Source of the DNA: Acholeplasmataceae bacterium
Lineage (GTDB): Bacteria > Bacillota_I > Bacilli_A > Acholeplasmatales > Acholeplasmataceae
Assembly (NCBI GenBank): GCA_050251655.1
Contig: JBFWMH010000009.1
Span: 1,530-65,529, forward strand
Reading direction: 5' to 3'
Length of the DNA: 64,000 nucleotides
The first letter of the stretch is position 1. Every line of letters begins with the position of its first letter. The position numbers were made by a program, and so were the translations under genes. Shown here piece by piece: positions 1 through 9,688 of this stretch. Under the pieces are notes generated by a model. The model ran no database searches. It was not told where the DNA came from and worked only from the letters and a program-made list of their open reading frames with translations.

Positions 1-1219
1 AACTAACAATAAATGTAAATGGAACAATAATTGAAATTAATATCGTTTGGAAATTTTGAATAATATCTTGTGATGGAATTAAATAAAACTCTAAATAGAT
101 ATTTTTGAGTGGATTTGCAAGTTCGTATCCAACAAAATAACCCAACACAATGAGCGGTAGACTCATCGCGCCAATAATGATTAAATAGGGAAATGCAATT
201 TCTCTATTTTTATATCCAATAGCTTTTAATATCCCAATTTGACTTCTTTGTGCATGAATAATTTTTGATACAACAATACCAACAATCATTAAAGCGATTG
301 AAGAAATCAAAATAGAGATAAACATGGCCATGCCTCTACCTGCAGTAATTTCAGTGTAGATAGCACCACTTCTCATATTATTAATCGTTAATGTGATTGA
401 AGTGATATATGGAAATTTACCAGAATCTTTATAAGTATCAATCACATCTGATTTAAACGCTTTTTCTGTATATCCATTTAAATAAATACCAGCTGCTTCA
501 AATTGGACTGTTTCACCTAAATTTTCAAATCCACTATCACTCATCAGTACAAGTGATTGTGTTTTATTATCTATGATCATTTGTTGACCAAACATAGATA
601 AACTATAATCAGGAAAAAGCACATATCCAGTAATTGTATAATCGATATCTTTTATGGTGATTGTATCACCAATTGATAAATTATTTTTGCTAGCAAAAAT
701 TTCAGCAACAGCAATCTCACTTGCAGTTTCTGGTTTTCGACCACTAACGATGTAACTTTGATTAATATCTTGCATATCTTTTAAAACTCTTACGCGATAT
801 GATTGATCATTAAAATTAAAGTATACATCCTTGCTTTCTCTAATCTCTAATTCTATATTTGTATACGTGTCTGTAATACTTGTTAATCTTTGATCTAATA
901 ACTCATAATAACTTGTTTCATCGATTGCTTTGACTCCACTTAACGTATATGGCCAAAGACTTGGATCTAACGATTGAAAAACACTGCTATGCGCAGTTAA
1001 GTAATCTATATCATCTTGAAACAATACATCAAGCATCGATATCGCAAAATCTTCTTGATGATATGCTTCTAAATATTGATCCGTAGGATCTTGAATACTG
1101 CCAATCGCGTAGCTCATGGCTGTATAAATAAAGCTACTGAGTAAAATAATCACACCTAATAAAATAAGTTGTAAATAACGTTTTTTTAATGTGTTAAACG
1201 CATTTTTAAATAACATCAT
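1..1219 (-). CDS. FtsX-like ABC transporter permease (partial, runs off the window start)
   Basis: Not in the ORF track. I read the start manually: ATG at 1219 overlaps the ATPase stop (TAATG) and gives MMLFKNAFNTLKKRYLQLILLGVIILLSSFIYTAMSYAIG (N-terminal TM helix, then an extracellular domain). It lies directly downstream of a LolD/MacB-type ATPase. Confidence 0.8.
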   Translation of the reverse strand, partial: MMLFKNAFNTLKKRYLQLILLGVIILLSSFIYTAMSYAIGSIQDPTDQYLEAYHQEDFAISMLDVLFQDDIDYLTAHSSVFQSLDPSLWPYTLSGVKAIDETSYYELLDQRLTSITDTYTNIELEIRESKDVYFNFNDQSYRVRVLKDMQDINQSYIVSGRKPETASEIAVAEIFASKNNLSIGDTITIKDIDYTITGYVLFPDYSLSMFGQQMIIDNKTQSLVLMSDSGFENLGETVQFEAAGIYLNGYTEKAFKSDVIDTYKDSGKFPYITSITLTINNMRSGAIYTEITAGRGMAMFISILISSIALMIVGIVVSKIIHAQRSQIGILKAIGYKNREIAFPYLIIIGAMSLPLIVLGYFVGYELANPLKNIYLEFYLIPSQDIIQNFQTILISIIVPFTFIVS

Positions 1220-1920
1220 TAACTCCAAATGATTTCTGATGCACGTTTCTTTTCTTTATTGGTCTTAATATCTACAATTTGACCATTATTAAGTTTAACG
1301 ACGCGATCAGCCATAACTGATATATTGGGGTTGTGTGTGATTAGTACTAATGTAGTTCCATATGTTTCATTCATGTGTTGTAAAACACCTAAAACACCTT
1401 TAGCATTTTCTTCATCTAAGGCACCTGTAGGTTCATCACAAAACATGATTTTTGGATTTTTAACGATTGCTCTAGCGATGGATACTCTTTGTTGTTCTCC
1501 ACCTGATAATTGATAAGGATATTTATCAATCATTTTTAATAAGCCTACTTGATCAACAACTTCTTCAGTTAAAAGTGGATCAAGACTGATTTCTCTACCA
1601 ACTTCAACATTTTCTCTAACTGATAAAGATTGTAATAAATTATATCTTTGGAATATAAATCCAATATTTTTTCTTCTAAATAATGTTAATTCTTTTGTGT
1701 TCATTTGGCTGATGACTTCATCACCAATCGTGATGATACCATCAGTTGGAGCATCTAATCCACTGCACACATTAAGTAGTGTTGATTTCCCGCTCCCAGA
1801 AGGACCCAGTAAAACAATCACTTCTCCATCTTTAATCTCTAAATCTACTTGATCTAATGCCTTTGTTTCTACAACACCAGTTGTATAAATCTTTGTCACT
1901 TGCTTTAATGAAATTGCCAT
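1219..1920 (-). CDS. ABC transporter ATP-binding protein (LolD/MacB-type exporter)
   Basis: Walker A GPSGSGKS, signature LSGGEQQRV, Walker B MFCDEPTGALD, H-loop ITH. Confidence 0.92.
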   Translation of the reverse strand: MAISLKQVTKIYTTGVVETKALDQVDLEIKDGEVIVLLGPSGSGKSTLLNVCSGLDAPTDGIITIGDEVISQMNTKELTLFRRKNIGFIFQRYNLLQSLSVRENVEVGREISLDPLLTEEVVDQVGLLKMIDKYPYQLSGGEQQRVSIARAIVKNPKIMFCDEPTGALDEENAKGVLGVLQHMNETYGTTLVLITHNPNISVMADRVVKLNNGQIVDIKTNKEKKRASEIIWS

Positions 1921-2181
1921 AAGAGATTACACCTTCTTTTTTAATATACATTTTTATTATACGCCTGTTATAAAAAAATAAAAAGTATACTAAAAAGGAC
2001 TAAAATATACTTTTCATTTTTCATGATTAATTTTTAATAAAAAACAAAGAAAATTAGGAAAACATAGTGGAAATATTATGTGTTAGCATAACTTCCCCAC
2101 CCTCAAACTATGAAAAACCCCAAGCTTTATATAGCAGACACCATGCTTTCCATACTTCTATTATAAAATGAAAAACATATT

Positions 2182-2249
2182 AAAAACAGGGCGGATATGT
2201 CCTATTTTTCACAAAATAATAAAAAAAATAGGATTTTCACCCTATTTTT
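2182..2249. terminator. Two tandem, related intrinsic terminator hairpins downstream of pdhD
   Basis: AAAAACAGG-N10-CCTATTTTT (2182-2209) and AAAAATAGG-N8-CCTATTTTT (2224-2249). Confidence 0.7.
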
Positions 2250-2251
2250 AC

Positions 2252-3619
2252 TTAAATGTGGATTGGTTTATCCACTGCACCATGTGCAGCTTCCATCACA
2301 ATTTCTGATAATGTTGGATGAGCATGAATGGTATCAGCAACTTCATACGCAGTACCCTCAAGTTTCATCGTTACACCAAGCTCAGCAATCAAATCTGATG
2401 CGTTGTAACTAAAGATGTGAGCACCTAAAATTTCTTTGTATTTTTTGCCAACTAGTAATTTAATAAATCCTTCTTTTTCACCATCAGCAACCGACTTACC
2501 AACACCTGCAATTGGGAAGGTAGATGCTGTGTATTCGACACCAGCTTCTTTAAGTGCTTTTTCTGTTTTACCAACAGATGCAATTTCAGGTTGCCCATAG
2601 ACTGCATTAGGCACTTGATCATAATCCATTTTAGCATCATGACCTAAAATATGTTCAATAGCAACTAAACCTTCATGGCTAGCCACATGTGCAAGCATAT
2701 ATTTACCATTTAAATCACCTATGGCATAAACACCTTTTACGCTTGTTTCTAATTGATCATTTGTTTCTACTGATGCACGATCCATCTTAAGATTTAATGC
2801 TTCAAATCCTTTTGAATTTGCACGCATACCCACAGAGACTAAAATCGTATCAGCTTCCACTTTTTCTTCTTTTCCATCTAATAGATAAGTCACAAACTTA
2901 CCGTCAACACCTTTAACTTCAGCACTAGTAAAGATTTTAATACCATCTTTTTTAAGTGTTTTAGTATAAGCAGTTCTAATATCATCATCCATCATAGGAA
3001 GAATACCATCAAGCTTTTCAATGATTGTGACATCGGATCCAAATGATGAGAATACAGTTGCAAACTCAACACCAATCACACCACCACCAATGATGACTAA
3101 ATGATTGGGTACATGATCAATAGCAAGTAATTCTCTACTTGTTACTGCAAATCCTTTTTCATATGCTTCTTGTAATCCAGGAATTGGTGGCACGATAGGA
3201 GATGCACCAGTAGCAAGAATCAAGTTTTTAGTTTTTAAAGTTTCGCCATTAACTTCTACAGTTGACTTATCTTTAACAACACCTAATCCTTGATAAACTT
3301 CAACACCATTTTTCTTTAATAAAAATCCAACACCTGTTGTTAATTTTTTAACGACACTGTTTTTTCTATCCATAATCGCTTTCCAGTCAAAACCAACTTC
3401 ACTCGCTAAAAGACCATAGTCTTTAGCGTGTAACATTTGTTTATACACTTTAGAGCTTTTTAACATCGTTTTTGTTGGAATACATCCATGATTTAAACAA
3501 ATCCCACCAACAACTTCTTTTTCAATCAAAGCGGTTTTTAATCCTGATTGAGCAGACTTAATTGCTGCAACATATCCACCAGGTCCACCACCAATAATAA
3601 CTACATCATAATTTTTCAT
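2252..3619 (-). CDS. pdhD: Dihydrolipoamide dehydrogenase (PDH E3)
   Basis: GGGPGGY FAD motif, CLNHGCIP redox disulfide, HAHPTLSE. Start moved to ATG 3619 behind SD GAGGGTG. Confidence 0.96.
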   Translation of the reverse strand: MKNYDVVIIGGGPGGYVAAIKSAQSGLKTALIEKEVVGGICLNHGCIPTKTMLKSSKVYKQMLHAKDYGLLASEVGFDWKAIMDRKNSVVKKLTTGVGFLLKKNGVEVYQGLGVVKDKSTVEVNGETLKTKNLILATGASPIVPPIPGLQEAYEKGFAVTSRELLAIDHVPNHLVIIGGGVIGVEFATVFSSFGSDVTIIEKLDGILPMMDDDIRTAYTKTLKKDGIKIFTSAEVKGVDGKFVTYLLDGKEEKVEADTILVSVGMRANSKGFEALNLKMDRASVETNDQLETSVKGVYAIGDLNGKYMLAHVASHEGLVAIEHILGHDAKMDYDQVPNAVYGQPEIASVGKTEKALKEAGVEYTASTFPIAGVGKSVADGEKEGFIKLLVGKKYKEILGAHIFSYNASDLIAELGVTMKLEGTAYEVADTIHAHPTLSEIVMEAAHGAVDKPIHI

Positions 3620-3629
3620 ATAAACACCC

Positions 3630-4898
3630 TCACTGTACAAGTAGTGATAGTGGTTGTGCAATCAGTTCCTTAAAGTAATTTAAGAATCTTCCTGCATCAG
3701 CACCATCAATAACTCTATGGTCTACGGCTAATGATAATGGTAATGTGTAAGCAGCTTTTAATTCACCATTGATGACCACTGCTTTTTGACTTATTTTACC
3801 AACACCTAAAATAGCAACTTCAGGATGATTAATAATTGGTGTACCAAATGATACATTAATAGCACCAAAGTTGGTGATACTAAATGTTGTGTTTTGTAAA
3901 CGATCAAGAGCGACTTTTCGTTCTTTAGTTGCTTGACCTACTTCACTGATCTCTTTAGCTAAACCAAAGAGTGTAAGTTCATCAGCATCTTTAATATTTG
4001 GTACGATCAATCCATCAGGTGTATCTACAGCCATACCTATATTATAAAACTTTTTAAGAACCATTTGTTCATTTTCTTGATCAAAACTTGCATTAAAGTA
4101 TGGGAACTTCTTCAAAGTGAGTACTGCAGCTTTAAAAATAAATGCCATATATGTTAATTTAACATCTTCACCTTCAGCAAGTGGTTTTAAGTTTTTTCTA
4201 AGTTCAACAAGATCATCAACAATCACTTCATCCATTAAGACTGTATGTGGAATGACTTGTTTAGAAATAGTCATTGATTTAACAATTGCTTTTCTTAATC
4301 TTGAAATAGGAACAATCTCAACATTTCCTTCTTTAGAAATCGTTACTTTAGGTGCTACAACATTTAATGTTGTTCCACCTTTTTGTTGTGAGGCTTTTTC
4401 AATATCTTCAGTTAAGACTCTACCGTTAAAACCAGAACCGTTAACTAAATTGATATCAACACCTAAATCTTTTGCTAACTTTCTAGCAACAGGTGTTGCA
4501 AGTGCTTTCCCACCTGTTTTCTTTGGTGCTTCTTGTTCGTGAACTTCAGTAGATGATTCAATCAAATCTGATGACACTTCAATTTCACCAATGACACCAG
4601 CCGCTTTTTCTTCGCCTTCGCCAAGTGCTTCTTTTGTCTCTGGTTGGCTTGCTTCACTTGCGCTACCATCATTAATATCAATGATGATTTGACCAACAGT
4701 GATTTCTTCGCCTTCTTTAAAATATATTTTTGATACAGTACCATCTACTGGAGATGGTAATTCTGCATTAACTTTATCTGTTTCGACAATAACTAAAGTG
4801 TCTCCATCTTTAACTTTGTCGCCTTCTTTGACTTTCCATTCTAAAATGGTACCTTCGTGGACGCCTTCACCCACGTCAGCAAATTTAAATTGATACAT
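3630..4898 (-). CDS. pdhC: Dihydrolipoamide acetyltransferase (PDH E2)
   Basis: Lipoyl domain ETDKVNAE, E3-binding ATPVARKLA, catalytic DHRVIDG. Confidence 0.96.
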   Translation of the reverse strand: MYQFKFADVGEGVHEGTILEWKVKEGDKVKDGDTLVIVETDKVNAELPSPVDGTVSKIYFKEGEEITVGQIIIDINDGSASEASQPETKEALGEGEEKAAGVIGEIEVSSDLIESSTEVHEQEAPKKTGGKALATPVARKLAKDLGVDINLVNGSGFNGRVLTEDIEKASQQKGGTTLNVVAPKVTISKEGNVEIVPISRLRKAIVKSMTISKQVIPHTVLMDEVIVDDLVELRKNLKPLAEGEDVKLTYMAFIFKAAVLTLKKFPYFNASFDQENEQMVLKKFYNIGMAVDTPDGLIVPNIKDADELTLFGLAKEISEVGQATKERKVALDRLQNTTFSITNFGAINVSFGTPIINHPEVAILGVGKISQKAVVINGELKAAYTLPLSLAVDHRVIDGADAGRFLNYFKELIAQPLSLLVQ

Positions 4899-4912
4899 AT
4901 TTGTTTCCCTTT

Positions 4913-5890
4913 CTAAAACTCAACGACTTTTTTAATCTCAGCCGCGATTCTCTCAGGTTGAACAAATTGGAAATGTTCAGCTCTAGCTAGTGGCACAGTA
5001 ATATCAAAACCTGTCACTCTTGTTGGTGCCGCTTCTAAATAAAGAAATGCTTTTTCATTCACTAATGATATAAGTTCAGCACCTGGTCCATATGTTTTAA
5101 CCGCTTCTTGAACAACCAAAAAGCGTCCTGTTTTTTTAACAGATTCAATAATAGTTTCTTCATCAATTGGATTAATGGTTCTTAAATCAATGAGTTCAAC
5201 TGAGATATGGTCATTTTCTAATAACTTGATGGCTTTTTGAGCTTCTCTCATCATCGCACCCCAAGCAACGACAGTAATATCAGTGCCTTGTTGAACAACC
5301 TTAGCTTTTCCAATTGGAATACGATACATTTCTTCAGGTACTTCTTGTTTACCTGAACGATATAATCTCTTAGGTTCCATAAAGATGACAGGATCGTTAT
5401 CTTCAATAGCTGATATTAATAATCCTTTTGCATCATATGGTGTTGATGGATAAACAACTTTTAATCCAGGCACATGTCCAAAGAAAGTTTCTAATGATTC
5501 ACTATGGTGTTCTAAGGCTCTAATACCTCCACCTACAGGGAAACGTACAACAATTGGTAATTGATGTTTACCTCTTGAACGATTTCTATATCTTGCCATA
5601 TGTGTAATGATTTCAGTAAATGCTGGGAAAGTAAATCCATCAAATTGGATTTCAGCAATTGGACGAAGTCCATTAATTGCCATACCTACTGCACTACCAG
5701 CAATTGCAGCTTCAGCAATTGGTGTATCAAAGACTCTATCTTCTCCATATTTTGCTTGAAGACCTGCAGTGACTCTAAAAACGCCACCTTCAAATCCAGT
5801 ATCTTCACCAAAAATAACAACACTTTGATCTTCTTCTAACTTTTGATCAAGCGCTTGATTAATCGCTGTTAATAAATTAATTGCAGCCAT
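4913..5890 (-). CDS. pdhB: Pyruvate dehydrogenase E1 beta
   Basis: GEDTGFEGGVFR, DTPIAE, ALEHHSES, operon context. Confidence 0.96.
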   Translation of the reverse strand: MAAINLLTAINQALDQKLEEDQSVVIFGEDTGFEGGVFRVTAGLQAKYGEDRVFDTPIAEAAIAGSAVGMAINGLRPIAEIQFDGFTFPAFTEIITHMARYRNRSRGKHQLPIVVRFPVGGGIRALEHHSESLETFFGHVPGLKVVYPSTPYDAKGLLISAIEDNDPVIFMEPKRLYRSGKQEVPEEMYRIPIGKAKVVQQGTDITVVAWGAMMREAQKAIKLLENDHISVELIDLRTINPIDEETIIESVKKTGRFLVVQEAVKTYGPGAELISLVNEKAFLYLEAAPTRVTGFDITVPLARAEHFQFVQPERIAAEIKKVVEF

Positions 5891-5891
5891 A

Positions 5892-6980
5892 TTATTTACC
5901 TCCCTCTTCTAAGAACTTCTTGTAGTTATCATATTGTTCTTGTAATTGAGGTGTCATTTCTTCATAAGTGTATTTAAAGATGTCTAATAATTCAACATTG
6001 CCACCTTCAGCTTCTACTTTCTTAAATGTTTCAGTGACAATCTCTGCTTTTTCATCTTCCAATTTTTGTGCTTGTGCTTCAGTTAAGTATTTCTTATCAA
6101 TTAAATATTTCTTAAAACGAATAAGTGGATCTTTATTTGCCCATGATTCTTCTTCGTCTTTTGAACGATAAATTGATGGATCATCTGAAGTCGTATGAGG
6201 ACCCATACGATATGTATAAGCTTCAATTAATACTGGTCCATTGCCTTCTCTAGCATAATCAACTGCAGCTTTAGTTGCAACATACATCGCTAAAATATCA
6301 TTCCCATCAACTTGAATTCCAGGAATACCAAAAGCAACCGCCTTTTGAGCAAGTGTCTTCGCTTTAGTCGCTTTCTTTCTTGGTGTTGAAATCGCATATT
6401 GATTGTTTTGGATTAAAACAACAAGTGGTGCATCATATGTAGCAGCAAAATTTAGTCCTTCATAAAACTCACCATGTGATGTACCACCATCACCGATGGT
6501 TGCTAAAGTGACCTCATTCTTTTTTAAGATTTTTGATGCATAAGCAAGTCCAGCACCATGATTGATTTGTGAACCGATGATGATATTTACTGGTAACACT
6601 TTAACATCTTCGTTATAATGACTACCCCATTCATTACCATACCAATATAAATAAATTTGTTCTAAAGTAACACCACGATAAAGCATTAAGTTTAATTCTC
6701 TAAATGCAGGTGAAACCCAATCTTGTGGTTCAAGTGCTGCAGCAGCACCTAATTGAGCAGCTTCTTGCCCTCTATTTGGAGCATAGGTAAGCATACGTCC
6801 TTGACGTTGATATTGTAGCGCTTTAATGTCAGCTACACGACCTAAAACCATTGTCTCATATAATTTGAGCAATGTTTCTTTATCTAATTTTGGCTCTAAA
6901 TCCTTTGAAACGATTTTACCTGTTTCATCTAAGATTTGTAATTGTTCGCCTTTAAGTGGATCATATGAATTAAATAACAT
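5892..6980 (-). CDS. pdhA: Pyruvate dehydrogenase E1 alpha
   Basis: TPP motif GDGGTS...QNNQYAIS, RMGPHTTSDDP. Start moved to ATG 6980 behind AGGAGG. Confidence 0.96.
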   Translation of the reverse strand: MLFNSYDPLKGEQLQILDETGKIVSKDLEPKLDKETLLKLYETMVLGRVADIKALQYQRQGRMLTYAPNRGQEAAQLGAAAALEPQDWVSPAFRELNLMLYRGVTLEQIYLYWYGNEWGSHYNEDVKVLPVNIIIGSQINHGAGLAYASKILKKNEVTLATIGDGGTSHGEFYEGLNFAATYDAPLVVLIQNNQYAISTPRKKATKAKTLAQKAVAFGIPGIQVDGNDILAMYVATKAAVDYAREGNGPVLIEAYTYRMGPHTTSDDPSIYRSKDEEESWANKDPLIRFKKYLIDKKYLTEAQAQKLEDEKAEIVTETFKKVEAEGGNVELLDIFKYTYEEMTPQLQEQYDNYKKFLEEGGK

Positions 6981-7004
6981 AGAATACCCTCCTTTATCAC
7001 CTTG

Positions 7005-7033
7005 ATTATACTCATTCATAACATGTCAATCAA
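7005..7033 (-). promoter_or_regulatory. Probable sigma70 promoter of pdhABCD
   Basis: TTGATT-17 nt-TATAAT on the minus strand, upstream of the pdhA SD. Confidence 0.55.
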
Positions 7034-7167
7034 AAGGTTTGCTTATGAAAACGCTAAAATTTAAGTAGTTTATAAAAGGTATATTCTAGAGAGCAAAAAG
7101 TCCATTATTTAGGACTTTTCATCATATATATAAGACTATTGTTTATTTCTTATTTATTTATATAAAT

Positions 7168-7193
7168 AAAAAAAGAGCACCTAAATGCTCTTT
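7168..7193 (-). terminator. Intrinsic terminator of speAB
   Basis: AAAGAGCA-N6-TGCTCTTT followed by a U-tract on the minus strand, overlapping the speB stop. Confidence 0.75.
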
Positions 7194-8064
7194 ATCGTTT
7201 CTCTAAATTCTTTTGAAGTAACAAAACCATTTCTCTAAGTGATTTTGCTGCAACCGCAGTTGATGCTCCACTTGGATCTAGCATTGGTGCTAATTCTACA
7301 ATATCTGCACCAACTAAATAATTAAGTTTTTCAAATTGATCAAATGCCCATAATAAATCTTTATATTGCATACCACCTGGTTCAGGTGTACCTGTTCCAG
7401 GGAAAACGCCAGGATCTAATACATCTAAATCAATGGTGATATAAACAGGTTTATCTTTTAACGCTTCTACCGTCTTATCTAAACCTTCAAAATCAAATTT
7501 ACGCATATTGATGTGTCCACTATTTGCCCAAACAAATTCAGGTTTCTCACCACTTCTAATACCAAATTGATTAATTTTACCATCGCCAACAAACTCATGA
7601 ACATGTCTCATGAATGTCGCGTGAGAGAATTCTCTACCAAAAAACGATTGTCTTAAATCAGTGTGTGCATCTAAATGAATGATATGTAAGTCTGGATATT
7701 TCTCAAACACAGCTTTAATCACTGGGTAACTTACCAAATGCTCACCACCAACCATCATCGGTGTTTTACCATCATTTAAAATTTGTTTAGTTGTTTGATA
7801 AACAACATCAAGCGCATCTTCAACTGCACCTATAGGTAAATCAAGATCACCAATATCTGCTGTTTTATAATCATTTAAATCAGCATCTCTATAAGGTGAA
7901 TACCATTCAACACCAAAAGAATCTACGCGAATAGCATTTCCTGCAAATCTTGTTCCTGGTCTAAATGATGTTGTTGCATCCATAGGTACACTAAATATAA
8001 CAACATCTGCATCTTGATATTCTGCTTTACAACTTTGAAATGATAAATCTACTTTATTCATCAT
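7192..8064 (-). CDS. speB: Agmatinase
   Basis: Ureohydrolase motifs GGEHLVS, DAHTD, DLDVLDP, PGTGTPEPGG; coupled to an upstream decarboxylase. Confidence 0.92.
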   Translation of the reverse strand: MMNKVDLSFQSCKAEYQDADVVIFSVPMDATTSFRPGTRFAGNAIRVDSFGVEWYSPYRDADLNDYKTADIGDLDLPIGAVEDALDVVYQTTKQILNDGKTPMMVGGEHLVSYPVIKAVFEKYPDLHIIHLDAHTDLRQSFFGREFSHATFMRHVHEFVGDGKINQFGIRSGEKPEFVWANSGHINMRKFDFEGLDKTVEALKDKPVYITIDLDVLDPGVFPGTGTPEPGGMQYKDLLWAFDQFEKLNYLVGADIVELAPMLDPSGASTAVAAKSLREMVLLLQKNLEKR

Positions 8065-9541
8065 CGTCACCTTCCCATTTTATCCATTCTTCTTTATCAA
8101 TAACTTTAATATAACCTGATTCTGTATCACTTAAGATCGTTGAACCATTCTTTTTATAAAACTCAAAATCATCTAAAATATCTTGACTAATAATTTCTCC
8201 TGGAATCACAATAGGTATACCTGGAGGATAAATCATCACTGATTCAGCAGCAATTTCATCAATTGAATCTTCTAATAATACATACTTCTTAGGTGCATGA
8301 TATGCTTCTCTAGGTCTTGTATATGCATCAGGATATCTATAAGTCATCTTAGGCTTAATCACATCAAGTTTCATTGGTGCATATTTATCACTTAATTTTT
8401 GAAGACCTGATACTAAATGATCTAAATCTTCTTTAGTTGTAGCAAGTGATAATACTGCTAAAACTAAATGCGTCTCTGCAAGTTCAAATTGAATATGATG
8501 TTCATCAAATAATTCTTGATATGCTGTAAATCCAGTAATGCCTAAATCAGTCACTTTAACTAAAATTTTAGTTTCATCATAATCGGTTGCACCCATTTTG
8601 ATGAAATCTTCTTTGACTAAAGCTTTTAAACCATCAATTTGATTGATCTTATCGCGTGTTTCTTTTGCCATTTCAATGACATGACTAATTTTAGCCTCAC
8701 CATTAAAATATATATACTTTCTAGCAACATCCAAACTTGCAAGTAACAAACTACTTGGAGATGTTGATTGAATCATATTAATTGTTGATCTTAATCTTAA
8801 GTGATCGACACGATCACCTTGTGCAATCAAAATTGAGCTTTGTGTCAATGATCCAACTGTTTTATGAAGTGAACATGATGCAATATCAGCACCTGCATGC
8901 ATAGAACATATAGGTAATGATTCGCAAAAAGGGAAATGTGACCCATGCGCTTCATCGACCATCACCATCATGTCATGTTCATGTGCATACTTCGTAATTT
9001 CTTCTAATTCTGATGTGACACCATAATATGTGGGGTTAATCACGAATACGGCTTTAGCATCTAAGTTTTCATCTATAGCTTGTTTGACTTCATCTAAAGG
9101 CATGTGATTTGCAATCCCTAATTTAGGATCGATATATGGTTTCACAAATATAGGTACAGCACCACTTAAGATAAGTGCGTTAATTGCTGATTTATGTACA
9201 TTTCTTGGTAATATAATTTTTTCTTTTGCTCGACATGTAGACATAATCATTGATAATATCCCCATAGTCGTCCCACCTGTTAAAAAATAAGCCTGTTCGG
9301 CACCAAATGCATCTGCCATAAGGGCTGCAGCTTCCATAATGACACCTTTTGGCCTGTTTAAATTATCTAAACCTCTTGGTGCATTTGCATCAAGTTTCAT
9401 CAAATTTAAACCTGCATAATCAGTTAATTCATTACTTATTTGTCCAAGTTTGTGTCCTGGAACATCATGCTTTACAACATCGCTTTTAGCATACGCTTCT
9501 AATTTTGTATAAAACGGTGTTTTTGAATGATCAAATTGCAT
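8054..9541 (-). CDS. speA: PLP-dependent Orn/Lys/Arg decarboxylase (arginine decarboxylase by context)
   Basis: HDVPGHK, PRNVHKS, DEAHG, SLHKT (PLP Lys), YPPGIP. Overlaps the agmatinase start. Confidence 0.85.
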   Translation of the reverse strand: MQFDHSKTPFYTKLEAYAKSDVVKHDVPGHKLGQISNELTDYAGLNLMKLDANAPRGLDNLNRPKGVIMEAAALMADAFGAEQAYFLTGGTTMGILSMIMSTCRAKEKIILPRNVHKSAINALILSGAVPIFVKPYIDPKLGIANHMPLDEVKQAIDENLDAKAVFVINPTYYGVTSELEEITKYAHEHDMMVMVDEAHGSHFPFCESLPICSMHAGADIASCSLHKTVGSLTQSSILIAQGDRVDHLRLRSTINMIQSTSPSSLLLASLDVARKYIYFNGEAKISHVIEMAKETRDKINQIDGLKALVKEDFIKMGATDYDETKILVKVTDLGITGFTAYQELFDEHHIQFELAETHLVLAVLSLATTKEDLDHLVSGLQKLSDKYAPMKLDVIKPKMTYRYPDAYTRPREAYHAPKKYVLLEDSIDEIAAESVMIYPPGIPIVIPGEIISQDILDDFEFYKKNGSTILSDTESGYIKVIDKEEWIKWEGDDDE

Positions 9542-9688
9542 GTATCAACCCACCTTTCATAAACCATATATATTTTATCATGTTTAATTTTTTTTACATA
9601 TGATTTTATACATTTTATTTTAGTCACGATGACCCCATAAAATATATTTTTATGTTATCATAAATGGTATAGAGGAAGGAGTGTTATT

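Noticed and set aside
7005-7029. TTGACA...TATAAT as the pdh promoter
   Set aside because: The spacer is only 13 nt; TTGATT with a 17-nt spacer is the better -35
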